A stretch of DNA of 62,848 bases, filler included. It is 4 parts of 4 records of this genome, joined end to end, with 100 filler letters (N's around TTAATTAATTAA, not from the genome) between each part and the next. Parts side by side here need not be neighbours in the genome. Positions count along the whole stretch, not along the records: positions 37,872 to 49,558 come from SRR20825006_2417; positions 49,659 to 62,848 come from SRR20825006_2419; 2 more parts are not named here. One strand, 5' to 3'. The position numbers and the translations under genes were made by a program. Every line of letters begins with the position of its first letter. Positions within the stretch are counted from its first letter, which is position 1. Shown piece by piece: positions 40,932-49,858 of the stretch. Under the pieces are notes generated by a model. That model was not told the DNA's origin. It did no database searches and saw only the letters and a program-made list of their open reading frames with translations.

Positions 40932-42413
40932 GTGCCATGGATGGTTTTGATGTCGAATCTCATGCTTGGCAGATATCGTCTCACATATTTTTCGACCGCG
41001 TTGCTCTTCCTCCTGTCCTCGACGACCTCGGCGCTCGCGCAAACCGCCGAGCCCCAGGACCCGTCTGCGCCCCCTTCGGCGCAAACCACGACAGACAGCA
41101 AGGCAACGACGACCCCCCCTGTCGATGAGGTCGCGCGAACCGATGATGCGGACGAGGACGCGGAGACCACCCCGCTGATTCCTCCCCCGGAGCAGCTCGA
41201 GGCATCCCTTCAACAGAAGGTCGAATTGCCCGAGGCGCTACCTGTCGGAGAGCCTCTCCTGATCACGCTCGAGGTCACGCACCCTCAGGGCGCGTTGATT
41301 CAACCTCCCGAAATCACCGGGACGCAGCGCTGGTCGCTCGCCTCCTCGCGTATCCTCAGCTCGGGTGGCGAATCACTCCCGACGCGTACCACCATCGAAT
41401 TGCTCCTGGTGCCCACCATCGTCGGGACCTCGCAGATCCCTCCGATGCCGCTGTTGGTGTTGGGAGATGGCGGAGACCGCGTGGTGCTAAAGACCGATCC
41501 GCTGGAGCTCAAGGTCATCAGCACACTCGCGCAGGACGACCCGCTCGAGTTCCATGCCGCGAGACCCCCGGTCCCGATTTACACCGTCGACTATACGCCG
41601 CTCTGGGTCGGGCTCGGCTCGGGTGGAGCACTTCTGCTCGGTCTCATCGGGTTCCTGCTGTTTCGCCGTCGGCTCGCTGCTCGACCGGAGCCCGAGCCAG
41701 AACCTCGCGATATCTACGAGGTCGCGATCGAGAAGCTCCAGGAGCTCGAGCGCTCCGATCTGCTCGAGAATGGCAAGCTAAAGCTCTACTACACGCACAT
41801 GTCCGAGGCCGTCCGCGAATACCTCGGCGCCAGGTATGGGTTCCCCGGTACCGAGCTCACCTCGACCGAGATCATGATCCGACTCCACGCCGTGCGCTGG
41901 CCAAAGGGCCTCGGTGAGCGGGACGTCGAGGAGTGGCTCAGGCGCTGTGACCGCGTCAAGTTCGCGGATATGAGACCTGGCAACGAGTCGAGCAAGGACG
42001 CCTTGCGAAAGGCTTACTCCATCCTCGAACTCACGCGCCCGAAGCCCGAAGAAGAAGAGCAGCAGGATGGCGCCAAGTCAGGAGAGCAGGATGCCGCGCA
42101 GGCAGAGGAGAGCTCGTCGCTTCCGCCTCGAAGGCAGCGCCGCAACGCTCCCTCGCTCGAACCATCGCGCGCGGTCGCATTGTCCGAGCGCGCTGGCGAT
42201 GCGCCTTTGCCTTTGCCAGATGCCAAAGAGCCTGCGCTGGCCCGAACAAGCGCGCCGGAGCAAGAGGCTATCGAAGAAGAGAAGGCAGAAGAGGCGGCGC
42301 CAGCAGAGGGCACCGAAGAGAAGAAGCCATCTGGCGAGCCTGTGTTCGGCGTCCTCGACTGGGAGTCGCTCTCGTCGATGATCGATGAAACCACCCGAGA
42401 AGAGGAGGAGTGA
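40932..42413 (+). CDS. Bat-operon membrane protein (Ig-like periplasmic domain, one TM, helical cytoplasmic domain, acidic tail); start uncertain
   Basis: Signal peptide ending ALA; TM LWVGLG..FLLF; KLYY...SEAVREYL..RYG....ELTSTE and DRVKFA motifs seen in the gene between DUF58 and batA. Confidence 0.75.
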   Translation: MPWMVLMSNLMLGRYRLTYFSTALLFLLSSTTSALAQTAEPQDPSAPPSAQTTTDSKATTTPPVDEVARTDDADEDAETTPLIPPPEQLEASLQQKVELPEALPVGEPLLITLEVTHPQGALIQPPEITGTQRWSLASSRILSSGGESLPTRTTIELLLVPTIVGTSQIPPMPLLVLGDGGDRVVLKTDPLELKVISTLAQDDPLEFHAARPPVPIYTVDYTPLWVGLGSGGALLLGLIGFLLFRRRLAARPEPEPEPRDIYEVAIEKLQELERSDLLENGKLKLYYTHMSEAVREYLGARYGFPGTELTSTEIMIRLHAVRWPKGLGERDVEEWLRRCDRVKFADMRPGNESSKDALRKAYSILELTRPKPEEEEQQDGAKSGEQDAAQAEESSSLPPRRQRRNAPSLEPSRAVALSERAGDAPLPLPDAKEPALARTSAPEQEAIEEEKAEEAAPAEGTEEKKPSGEPVFGVLDWESLSSMIDETTREEEE

Positions 42414-43465
42414 TGGGAGGAACAACGTTCGCCTATCCCTGGGTCTTGCTGGGGTTGATCTTGATACCACTGCTCGCGGTATGGCGGTTCTGGCCAAGTA
42501 TTCGCAGACGCCACGTGGGCACCTTCCTCTTTTCGCAGTTCCAGTTGCTGGCCAAGCGCCCGCGCACCTGGCGCACGATCCTGCTGCCGTTGCCAGACAT
42601 CCTGCTACTCGTAGCGCTCGGGTTGGCGATCGTCGGCCTCGCCAGACCTCAGGCCATTCTGGCCGAGGAGGTCGAGGTCGAGGGGATCGACATCTACCTC
42701 GCCCTGGATATGTCCGGCTCGATGCGCGCCATCGACCAGGACATGAACGGGGTGCGAAAGCTCGCCAGCCAGGGCAGGCGCCCACAAAACCGCTTCGAGT
42801 ACGCGGTCGATACGCTCGAGGACTTCGTCAAGAGCCGCTCGTTCGACCGCATCGGCATGGTCGTCTTTGCAAAAGATGCATACCTGCAGTTTCCCCTCAC
42901 GCTCGATTACAACACGATCCTCGGGATGCTCGATCGGCTCAGGTTGGGAGACATCGACGAGGGTGGGACAGCGATCGGGAACGCGCTCGGGCGCGCGATC
43001 GCTGGCCTCAAGGACAGCGACGCGAAAACCCGGATCGTCATCCTCATCACCGATGGCGACCGCCGCGGCGGGAACATCTCGCCAAGGCAAGCGGCGAAGA
43101 TCGCGGCGGACACAGGGATCAAGATCTTCCCTATCCTGGTGGGGCGCGAGGGGGCCACGCTGGTCCCGGCAGGTCGCAACTTCTTGACCGGCCAGTACTC
43201 CTATCAACAGCGCGAGTATCCGATCAATCCCGAGCTCTTGAAAGAGATCGCCAAGACCACCGACGGTGAATACTTCCGCGTCACGGATGCCGATGGTCTG
43301 CGAGAGGGGTTGCACCAGATCCTGGATCGCTTCGAGCGGTCTCGCGTGCGCGATAACACCAGCGTGGATTACCGCGAGCTCTATCACCAGTGGGTGATCT
43401 GGGCGCTCCTGCTCGTCGCGCTCCAATCCGTCTTGCGGCATACGCTGCTGCGGAAGTTTCCTTGA
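42410..43465 (+). CDS. batA: BatA-like vWA membrane protein
   Basis: N-terminal FAYPW double TM, LARPQ, MIDAS DMSGS, DRIGMVVFA, PLTLD, GTAIG, ITDG, C-terminal TM. Confidence 0.88.
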   Translation: MMGGTTFAYPWVLLGLILIPLLAVWRFWPSIRRRHVGTFLFSQFQLLAKRPRTWRTILLPLPDILLLVALGLAIVGLARPQAILAEEVEVEGIDIYLALDMSGSMRAIDQDMNGVRKLASQGRRPQNRFEYAVDTLEDFVKSRSFDRIGMVVFAKDAYLQFPLTLDYNTILGMLDRLRLGDIDEGGTAIGNALGRAIAGLKDSDAKTRIVILITDGDRRGGNISPRQAAKIAADTGIKIFPILVGREGATLVPAGRNFLTGQYSYQQREYPINPELLKEIAKTTDGEYFRVTDADGLREGLHQILDRFERSRVRDNTSVDYRELYHQWVIWALLLVALQSVLRHTLLRKFP

Positions 43466-43492
43466 TTCTGACTCTGATCGAAGAGACCTCTC

Positions 43493-46400
43493 ATGCACTT
43501 CGCAAATACTGAAGCGATGACATATGGGCTCCTGATCGCGGTCATGATCGTGGCCATGATCGGGTATTGGATCTGGAAGCAACGGCTCAAGAAACAACTT
43601 GGCCACTTGCCCATGATCGAGGCGATGAGCGACGAGCACTCCGCGCGTCGCCAGATCGCCAGCGGTGTGTTCGTGATCCTCGGCGCGCTCTGCATGCTCG
43701 TCGCCCTGATACAACCTCAGTGGGGACAGACCGACCGCGTCATCAAGCGCACCGGCATCGACGTCGTGTTCGCGCTCGACCTGTCTCGCAGCATGCTCGC
43801 CAGGGATGTCTCGCCATCGAGATTGCAGGCGGCAAAGAACGAGATCCAGACCACGCTCGAGCGCCTCGGCGGAGATCGCGTGGGGCTCGTCGTGTTCACC
43901 GCCGTGAGCTTCGCGCAGTCCCCGCTGACGACCGATTACGGCGCGATGCGTTTCTATCTGAAGAAGCTCGTCCCCAGGCAGATGCCCTACGGGGGAACCT
44001 CGGTGGGTCGCGCGCTCGATGATTCGGCGGACCTGCTACTCGGTAAGACCGAGGATGATCAGGGCGGTGATACGCCCATGAAGCGCTCCAAGAATCAAAT
44101 CATCGTCCTGATCACCGACGGCGAAGATCACGAGTCCAACCCCTTGCAAACCGCGCAGTACATCGGCCGCCAGGGGATCCACATCGTGACCGTGGGGTTT
44201 GGCTCCGAGAAGGGAGAGCGTATCCCCGTCTACCGAGAGGATGGAACGCTGACAGGTTACAAGCGCGATCGTGAGGGCAAGTACGTCCGCACCAGGCTCG
44301 ACGAATCCACGCTGAAGAAGATCGCCACCGAAACAGGCGGCATTTATATCCCTTATCGCGGCGAGAACTCGGTCGCCTATGGCGTCCTCGAGTACATCAA
44401 CCAGCTCGAGAAGAGCGAGCTCGAGGCGCTCATGCGCCAGCGCTACAAGGAGCGCTACATGTGGTTCCTGTTGCCAGGGGTGCTCCTGCTGATGCTCGGA
44501 TTCGCCATAGGAGATCGCCGGAGACCTGGCAGAAAGCGTGTCGGAGAGGGCGCCGCGCCGCCCAAGGTTCGCGCGCTGCTCGAGGCGTCGAAGAAGTCGA
44601 TCGTGCTGCTCCTGCTGCTTTGCTGTGTACTCCCGCTGACCGGCTGCGAGGACACCTTTCGCGTGGTCGTCGATCCCGTCGAGCGAGGAAACACACTGCT
44701 CGAAGAGGGGGATTACTCCGGCGCCATCAACGCCTACAAGGAGGCTGGCGAGCAAGGGTTCGATCAGCCATCGCTCGCCTACAACCTCGGGCGCGCACAC
44801 ATGGGCGCCAAAAACTGGGATGAGGCGCAGGCGTCCTTCGCGCGCGCGCTCGAGACCCAGGACAAGGATCTTCGCTTCGACACGCTCTATAACCTGGGGC
44901 TCGCGCTCTCCGAGCAGGAGAAGTGGCAGGACGCCATCGACCTGTTTCGTGACGCATTGCTGATTTATGCGGACAACCCCGAGGTGCGAAAACAGAAGCG
45001 CTACCAGGACGCGGTGCATAACCTCGAGGTGGCCTTCAACAAGCTCTATCCACCTTGTGAGACGCTCGAGGACGATCGCGAGGAGAACGATGAGCCCGGC
45101 GCGGCCTCGCAGCTCGAGGAGTTAAAGCTCGAGGATCGCAGCCTGTGTGGCGAGGATGATGACTGGTATGCGGTCCCGGTCCTGCCGGGAACGCAGGTCG
45201 CCGTGACGGCCACCTTCAAGGAGCTTCGCGATGTGCCGCTCCCCGAGCATCGATTCTTGCCTCGTGTGGAGGATCTCCAGATCGCGCTCTTCGACATCAG
45301 CGGTGAGCGCGTCCTGCGCGTGGACCAGGGTCAGCGCGAGGGAGGCCAGGAGGTCGAGGTCAAGACGGTGATGAAGAAGGGAAGCCGCGCGGTCCAGGAG
45401 ACCACGCGCGTGATCGAGCGCTTTACCGTCACGCCGGATATGCTCCCTGGTGGCGCGCCCGCGCTCCTCCTCAAGGTGAGCGCAGCGGACGAGTTGGAGT
45501 TCTCCTACGATCTCGATATCACCGCCATCCCTCCTTGTGATGCGCTCGAGGATGGCTTCGAGGAGAACGATGACAGCAGGAGCGCCAAGCTGCTCCCGGA
45601 AGAATCCCAACAACTTCACATCTGCTCGGGAGACGAGGATTGGTTCTCGGTCGAGGTCGGTCTCGGGGACACCTTCTTTGTCGATATCCAGGGACAGCCC
45701 GACATCGAGCGCGAGGTGCCACCAGAGCTCGCGCTCGAGATCTTCGCGCCAGATGGCAGCAGGGTCGCCTCGGGGCGACCGGATGGAGGCGTGATCACGG
45801 CAGGTGTCTGGGAGGTCAACGAGCCAGGCGTCTTCAAGGTGCGCATCAGCGGCGTTGGTGGAGATCAGCAGGGGCCTTACAAGCTCGACCTGTACTCTTT
45901 CGCGCCGTGTCCTTTCGGTGATGATCGCTTCGAGGATAACGACGCGCCAGGCTCGGAGTCTCAACTCGATGCCCAGGTTCCCGTCCAGCGCTACCTGAGG
46001 ATCTGCCCCGAGGACGCGGACTTCTACAGGATGCCGCTCCCCGATCCTGACGCCGCGAAGAAGCAGGACCCGAACACCAAGACCCCCGATGATATGAAGC
46101 CAAAGGAGAAGAAGCCGCGGCGCCTCGCGCTCGGGCTCTCGTTGGTGGAGGCTCCAGCCGAGGTCGCCATCCCGCTCGAGGAGCGGCGCGTCGGCTTCGA
46201 GTTGATGAGCGAGTCAGGCGATCAGATCCTGCTCGAGAGCAAGCCCTACGAAAAACCTGCTGCTGACAAGCAGGGCAAGGACGCGGGCGGGAAAAAGAAA
46301 GATGATGACGCGCCCGAGAACCCCGCAGACTCGATGAAGATCGATCGCGTCCTGCAAACCGAGCTCGACGCCGAGAGCGCGCTCATCCGTGTCCAGGGCA

Positions 46401-46822
46401 CTCAGACCTTCTATCACCTGGTCCAGATGGAGTCGCCGCCATCGAGCTCGGATCAACAGCAGCAAGACCAACAGGATCAGCAGGATCAACAAGAGAACCA
46501 GGACCAGTCCGAGAATCAGGATCAGGAAGGCGACTCCAACGATCAGAACAAGGATGAACCTTCTGATGAGGAGCAGGACTCCAAAGGTAAGGACGAGGGG
46601 GACGAGCAAGAGCCCGAGCAAGACAAAGAAGAAGAGGGCAAATCCCCCGAGGAAGAGGAAGACAAGGATGAGGAGGGCAAGGGTAAGCCCACGAATCCAC
46701 GAGATGCCGAGGTCCAACGCATCGAAGATATCCTGCAAGCGCTCGAGGAGAGCGATGACAACTTCCAGATGCGCAAGGCGCTCGAGAACACCCCGAGTCG
46801 ACACATCGAAAAGGATTGGTGA
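43493..46822 (+). CDS. BatB-BatC-like fusion: vWA, TM, TPRs, three Cys/DxxExND modules, Q/D/E-rich tail, KDW end
   Basis: PQWG, DLSRSM.ARD..PSRL, PLTTDY, ITDGE (BatB); YNLG TPRs, acidic tail and terminal EKDW (BatC-like); about 460 aa of repeated modules between them. Confidence 0.8.
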   Translation: MHFANTEAMTYGLLIAVMIVAMIGYWIWKQRLKKQLGHLPMIEAMSDEHSARRQIASGVFVILGALCMLVALIQPQWGQTDRVIKRTGIDVVFALDLSRSMLARDVSPSRLQAAKNEIQTTLERLGGDRVGLVVFTAVSFAQSPLTTDYGAMRFYLKKLVPRQMPYGGTSVGRALDDSADLLLGKTEDDQGGDTPMKRSKNQIIVLITDGEDHESNPLQTAQYIGRQGIHIVTVGFGSEKGERIPVYREDGTLTGYKRDREGKYVRTRLDESTLKKIATETGGIYIPYRGENSVAYGVLEYINQLEKSELEALMRQRYKERYMWFLLPGVLLLMLGFAIGDRRRPGRKRVGEGAAPPKVRALLEASKKSIVLLLLLCCVLPLTGCEDTFRVVVDPVERGNTLLEEGDYSGAINAYKEAGEQGFDQPSLAYNLGRAHMGAKNWDEAQASFARALETQDKDLRFDTLYNLGLALSEQEKWQDAIDLFRDALLIYADNPEVRKQKRYQDAVHNLEVAFNKLYPPCETLEDDREENDEPGAASQLEELKLEDRSLCGEDDDWYAVPVLPGTQVAVTATFKELRDVPLPEHRFLPRVEDLQIALFDISGERVLRVDQGQREGGQEVEVKTVMKKGSRAVQETTRVIERFTVTPDMLPGGAPALLLKVSAADELEFSYDLDITAIPPCDALEDGFEENDDSRSAKLLPEESQQLHICSGDEDWFSVEVGLGDTFFVDIQGQPDIEREVPPELALEIFAPDGSRVASGRPDGGVITAGVWEVNEPGVFKVRISGVGGDQQGPYKLDLYSFAPCPFGDDRFEDNDAPGSESQLDAQVPVQRYLRICPEDADFYRMPLPDPDAAKKQDPNTKTPDDMKPKEKKPRRLALGLSLVEAPAEVAIPLEERRVGFELMSESGDQILLESKPYEKPAADKQGKDAGGKKKDDDAPENPADSMKIDRVLQTELDAESALIRVQGTQTFYHLVQMESPPSSSDQQQQDQQDQQDQQENQDQSENQDQEGDSNDQNKDEPSDEEQDSKGKDEGDEQEPEQDKEEEGKSPEEEEDKDEEGKGKPTNPRDAEVQRIEDILQALEESDDNFQMRKALENTPSRHIEKDW

Positions 46823-49476
46823 TGTCCGCTCCAAGTAGATCCCGAATGACACACACGTGGGCGATGTTGGCCATCGTTGCCTTCACCTTCTTCGGTCTCA
46901 CTCCATCGCGCGCGCTGGCGGCTGGCGATGATTCGCGCGCCAGCGTCAGCATCGACGCCGAGATCGTCGAGGTCGGTGATACGTTCGAGTACACCATCAA
47001 CGCGGCTACCAACGGCAACAGCAACATTCGCCTGGTCAAAGAGCCCGACTTTCGCCCATTCGCCGTGGTCGGGCGCAGCCAGATGCCACAGTTCATCGTT
47101 CGCAATGGCCAGGCACAACGAAGCCTGACGATCCTCTACCGGTTGCGCACGCGCCGCATCGGCGACTTCGATATCTCGCCTCCTGTGGTCGAGGTCGGCG
47201 GGCAGAAGTTCACCCCCAAGACCTTGAAGCTCAAGGTCGTCAAGGAGGGCGAGGCGCCGCGCAAGCAGGGGCCAGCCAAGACGGACGCGGCCTACATCGA
47301 CGTCGACCTCGAGCCCAAGCGAAACCCTTATGTGGGTGAGCAGGTCGTGCTCGAGTACAACCTGTTTATGGACTCGAGGAAGATCGACGGGCAGCCACAT
47401 CCTCCCACCGAGCCGAGCCTGGATGCCTTCTGGATCGAGGATCTCAGTGGCAAGACCGCAGGCACCAAGCAGCTCGTCAGGTTGGGCTCGCGGTTCTTCG
47501 AGAAGGTACAGCTCCGAAAGTATGCGCTGTTCCCCTTGCGCGCTGGCCCCGCGACCATCGATCCGATGAAGGTGGATATCGTCACGGGAGGGTTTCTCAC
47601 TCGCCAGCGTACGTTCAACATCAGCAGCGACACGATCAAGCTCGACGTGCAGCCGCTGCCGCCGGATGCGCCCGATGGGTTTTACGAAGGCAACGTGGGG
47701 GACTGGAACTTTTTGGTGACCACTGATTTGCGCGAGACGCGCGTGGGTCGCGCGGTGACCATCAAGGTCATCGCGCGCGGTGATGGCCAGCCAGGGCGCT
47801 TGCAGCTTCCTGAGTTGCCAGAGATCGAGGGCACCAAACTCGCCAACAGCGAGGAACGCAGTGACAGCAAGATGCGCGGCGAGCGCGTCGTCGGGGAGAA
47901 GACGCACAGCTACGCGCTCACGCCGCTAAAGGAGGGATCGATCACGATCCCTTCATTGAGCTTCTCCTATTTCGATCCCGAGGCTGGCGAGTATCGCACC
48001 AAGGAGAGCACGCCGATCACGATCAAGGTCGGCTCGGGGACCTTGCCGGAAGAGATCGAGGATCTTCCCGAGCCTGAAGCTCGGCGCTCTGGCTCGACAG
48101 AGGATGACTTGCTCGCATCGCTTCGCAGCGAGATGAGCAAGCCGCGTCGAGACATCTCCTATGGGATGCGTCATCGCCTCCTCGAGCCAGGCTCGCTCGC
48201 TTACACGATCCTCGTCGCCTTGCCGCTGGCGATCCTCTTCCTGCTCGGCGCCGCGCCATTGCTTCGCCGCTTCGCGCGTCGAGAGACTCCCGGGAAAAAG
48301 CGCAAGCAAGCCGTGCGCGAGGTCCGCGCGCAGCTCGAGGAGGCACGCGGCGCAGGAGAGAAGGGCTGGGATCTCATCATGGGCGCCATCAAGGCTTACG
48401 CGACCGATGTGCTAGGCCTCTCTTCGGGTCATGTGACCGAACGCGAGCTCCCATCGAGGGCGCAAAAGGTCGGCGTCCCCGAAGAACTCGCCATCGAGCT
48501 CGGTGAGTTGCTCGGTGAGTGCAATCGCGCCAGGTTCTCGCCATCGGCAAAGAAGCAGGACGCGGCGCGCGAGGCGATGATCGCGCGCGCCAGTGAGGCG
48601 ATCGACGAGCTCGAATCGCTGAGGAAAAAGAAGAAGCTCTCGCTCGATGGCGTCGCGCATCTGGTCATGATTTTTGGAGCGAGCCTGCTGCTCTTCGCGG
48701 GTGTCGCGATGACTCCAGCGGATGCTCACGCCAGCGACGCGGTCACCCGAGCAAAGGGAATCAGCGCGCGCGCGCTCGAGGCTCAGGACGCGAGGAAGTG
48801 GGAGGAGGCGCTCTCGCTCTGGGAAGAGGTCGACGAGCTGACTCCCAATGAGCCCGATGTGCTCTACAACCTTGGCACGTGCGCGATGCAGGCCGGGGAG
48901 CTCGCGAAGGCGCGCCTCTCTCTAGAGCGCGCCTTGCTTCACGATCCGCAAGGAAGAGACATCGCCAACAACCTCGACCTCGCCACGCGAATGATCCGCG
49001 TGCGCACCATCGAGCGCGTTCGTGGACGGAGCGCGCGCGTGGGCGTCTCGGAGGATTTCTTCTTCTGGGATATCGCGCGACGTGTGACCGCCAGAGCGCT
49101 CTCGCTGCTGTTGCTTATGGCGCTTTGGATCTTGCTCGTCTCGGTCGTGGTGCGTCCTCGCGTGAACCAGCCAGGGCTCAGAGACACGTTGATGATTCTG
49201 ATCGTGCTCTCCTCGATCGTCGCGCTCGCTTCCGGCGCCGGATGGATCGCGCGCGAGCAGATCATGCGCCAGGTGCAACCGGCGATCGTGATGGCCGAGG
49301 AGCCATCCTTGCGCGAGGGGCCGAGCGAACACGCCGCCGCGCTGGGCGCGGCGCATCCCGTGGCTCCCGGCATGCGCGTTCCCATCGAGGAGACGCGGCA
49401 GGGATGGTCCAAGATTCGCTTGCCCGACGGTACCAGCGGTTGGATTCACGCCGATGACCTGAGCCGTATTCGCTAG
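46816..49476 (+). CDS. BatD-BatE-like fusion: Ig-like BatD domains, TM, TPR, TMs, SH3b
   Basis: Signal peptide; YVGEQV, DVQPLP, NVGDW, FSYFDP...YRT (BatD); YNLG TPR, IANNL and LREGPS...GWSKIRLPDG.SGWI (BatE SH3b). Confidence 0.82.
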   Translation: MVMSAPSRSRMTHTWAMLAIVAFTFFGLTPSRALAAGDDSRASVSIDAEIVEVGDTFEYTINAATNGNSNIRLVKEPDFRPFAVVGRSQMPQFIVRNGQAQRSLTILYRLRTRRIGDFDISPPVVEVGGQKFTPKTLKLKVVKEGEAPRKQGPAKTDAAYIDVDLEPKRNPYVGEQVVLEYNLFMDSRKIDGQPHPPTEPSLDAFWIEDLSGKTAGTKQLVRLGSRFFEKVQLRKYALFPLRAGPATIDPMKVDIVTGGFLTRQRTFNISSDTIKLDVQPLPPDAPDGFYEGNVGDWNFLVTTDLRETRVGRAVTIKVIARGDGQPGRLQLPELPEIEGTKLANSEERSDSKMRGERVVGEKTHSYALTPLKEGSITIPSLSFSYFDPEAGEYRTKESTPITIKVGSGTLPEEIEDLPEPEARRSGSTEDDLLASLRSEMSKPRRDISYGMRHRLLEPGSLAYTILVALPLAILFLLGAAPLLRRFARRETPGKKRKQAVREVRAQLEEARGAGEKGWDLIMGAIKAYATDVLGLSSGHVTERELPSRAQKVGVPEELAIELGELLGECNRARFSPSAKKQDAAREAMIARASEAIDELESLRKKKKLSLDGVAHLVMIFGASLLLFAGVAMTPADAHASDAVTRAKGISARALEAQDARKWEEALSLWEEVDELTPNEPDVLYNLGTCAMQAGELAKARLSLERALLHDPQGRDIANNLDLATRMIRVRTIERVRGRSARVGVSEDFFFWDIARRVTARALSLLLLMALWILLVSVVVRPRVNQPGLRDTLMILIVLSSIVALASGAGWIAREQIMRQVQPAIVMAEEPSLREGPSEHAAALGAAHPVAPGMRVPIEETRQGWSKIRLPDGTSGWIHADDLSRIR

Positions 49477-49558
49477 AGATGCGCTCAAAACTGCACGACC
49501 CTCGGTTGCCGAGCGAAAAAGGGGGGCGGGATTTTCAAATCAGTCGAAGTTTTGATCG

Positions 49559-49658
49559 NNNNNNNNNNNNNNNNNNNNNNNNNNNNNNNNNNNNNNNNNN
49601 NNTTAATTAATTAANNNNNNNNNNNNNNNNNNNNNNNNNNNNNNNNNNNNNNNNNNNN
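49559..49658. other. Artificial contig spacer
   Basis: 44 N + TTAATTAATTAA (49603-49614) + 44 N. Confidence 0.97.
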
Positions 49659-49846
49659 CACCCTCCTGGCCTCCCTCAAGGGAGGAAGAGATTATGCTTT
49701 GAATCGCTAGGATGATTTAGCTTTCTCCCTTAAGAAGAAAAAGCATCACTTTTGAAAGGAGGGAGACCAAAACATTACAAATTCAAAACCCAAGTGTACT
49801 TCTTACAACTATTCAACCAAGAAACCTGAGTTAGGAAGGTTACCCT

Positions 49847-49854
49847 TATATTTG
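49847..49854 (+). promoter_or_regulatory. Bacteroidota -7 promoter element for dxr
   Basis: TATATTTG matches TAnnTTTG and ends 4 bp before the ATG. Confidence 0.7.
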
Positions 49855-49858
49855 CACT

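Noticed and set aside
46440..46700. CAG/GAT/GAG-rich low-complexity repeats
   Set aside because: Coding sequence for the Q/D/E-rich BatC-like tail.
38850..47907. Long minus-strand ORFs in contig 3 (38850-39872, 39927-40829, 42605-43714, 44036-45019, 46543-47907)
   Set aside because: Mirror frames of well-supported plus-strand genes, expected with high GC3 codon bias.
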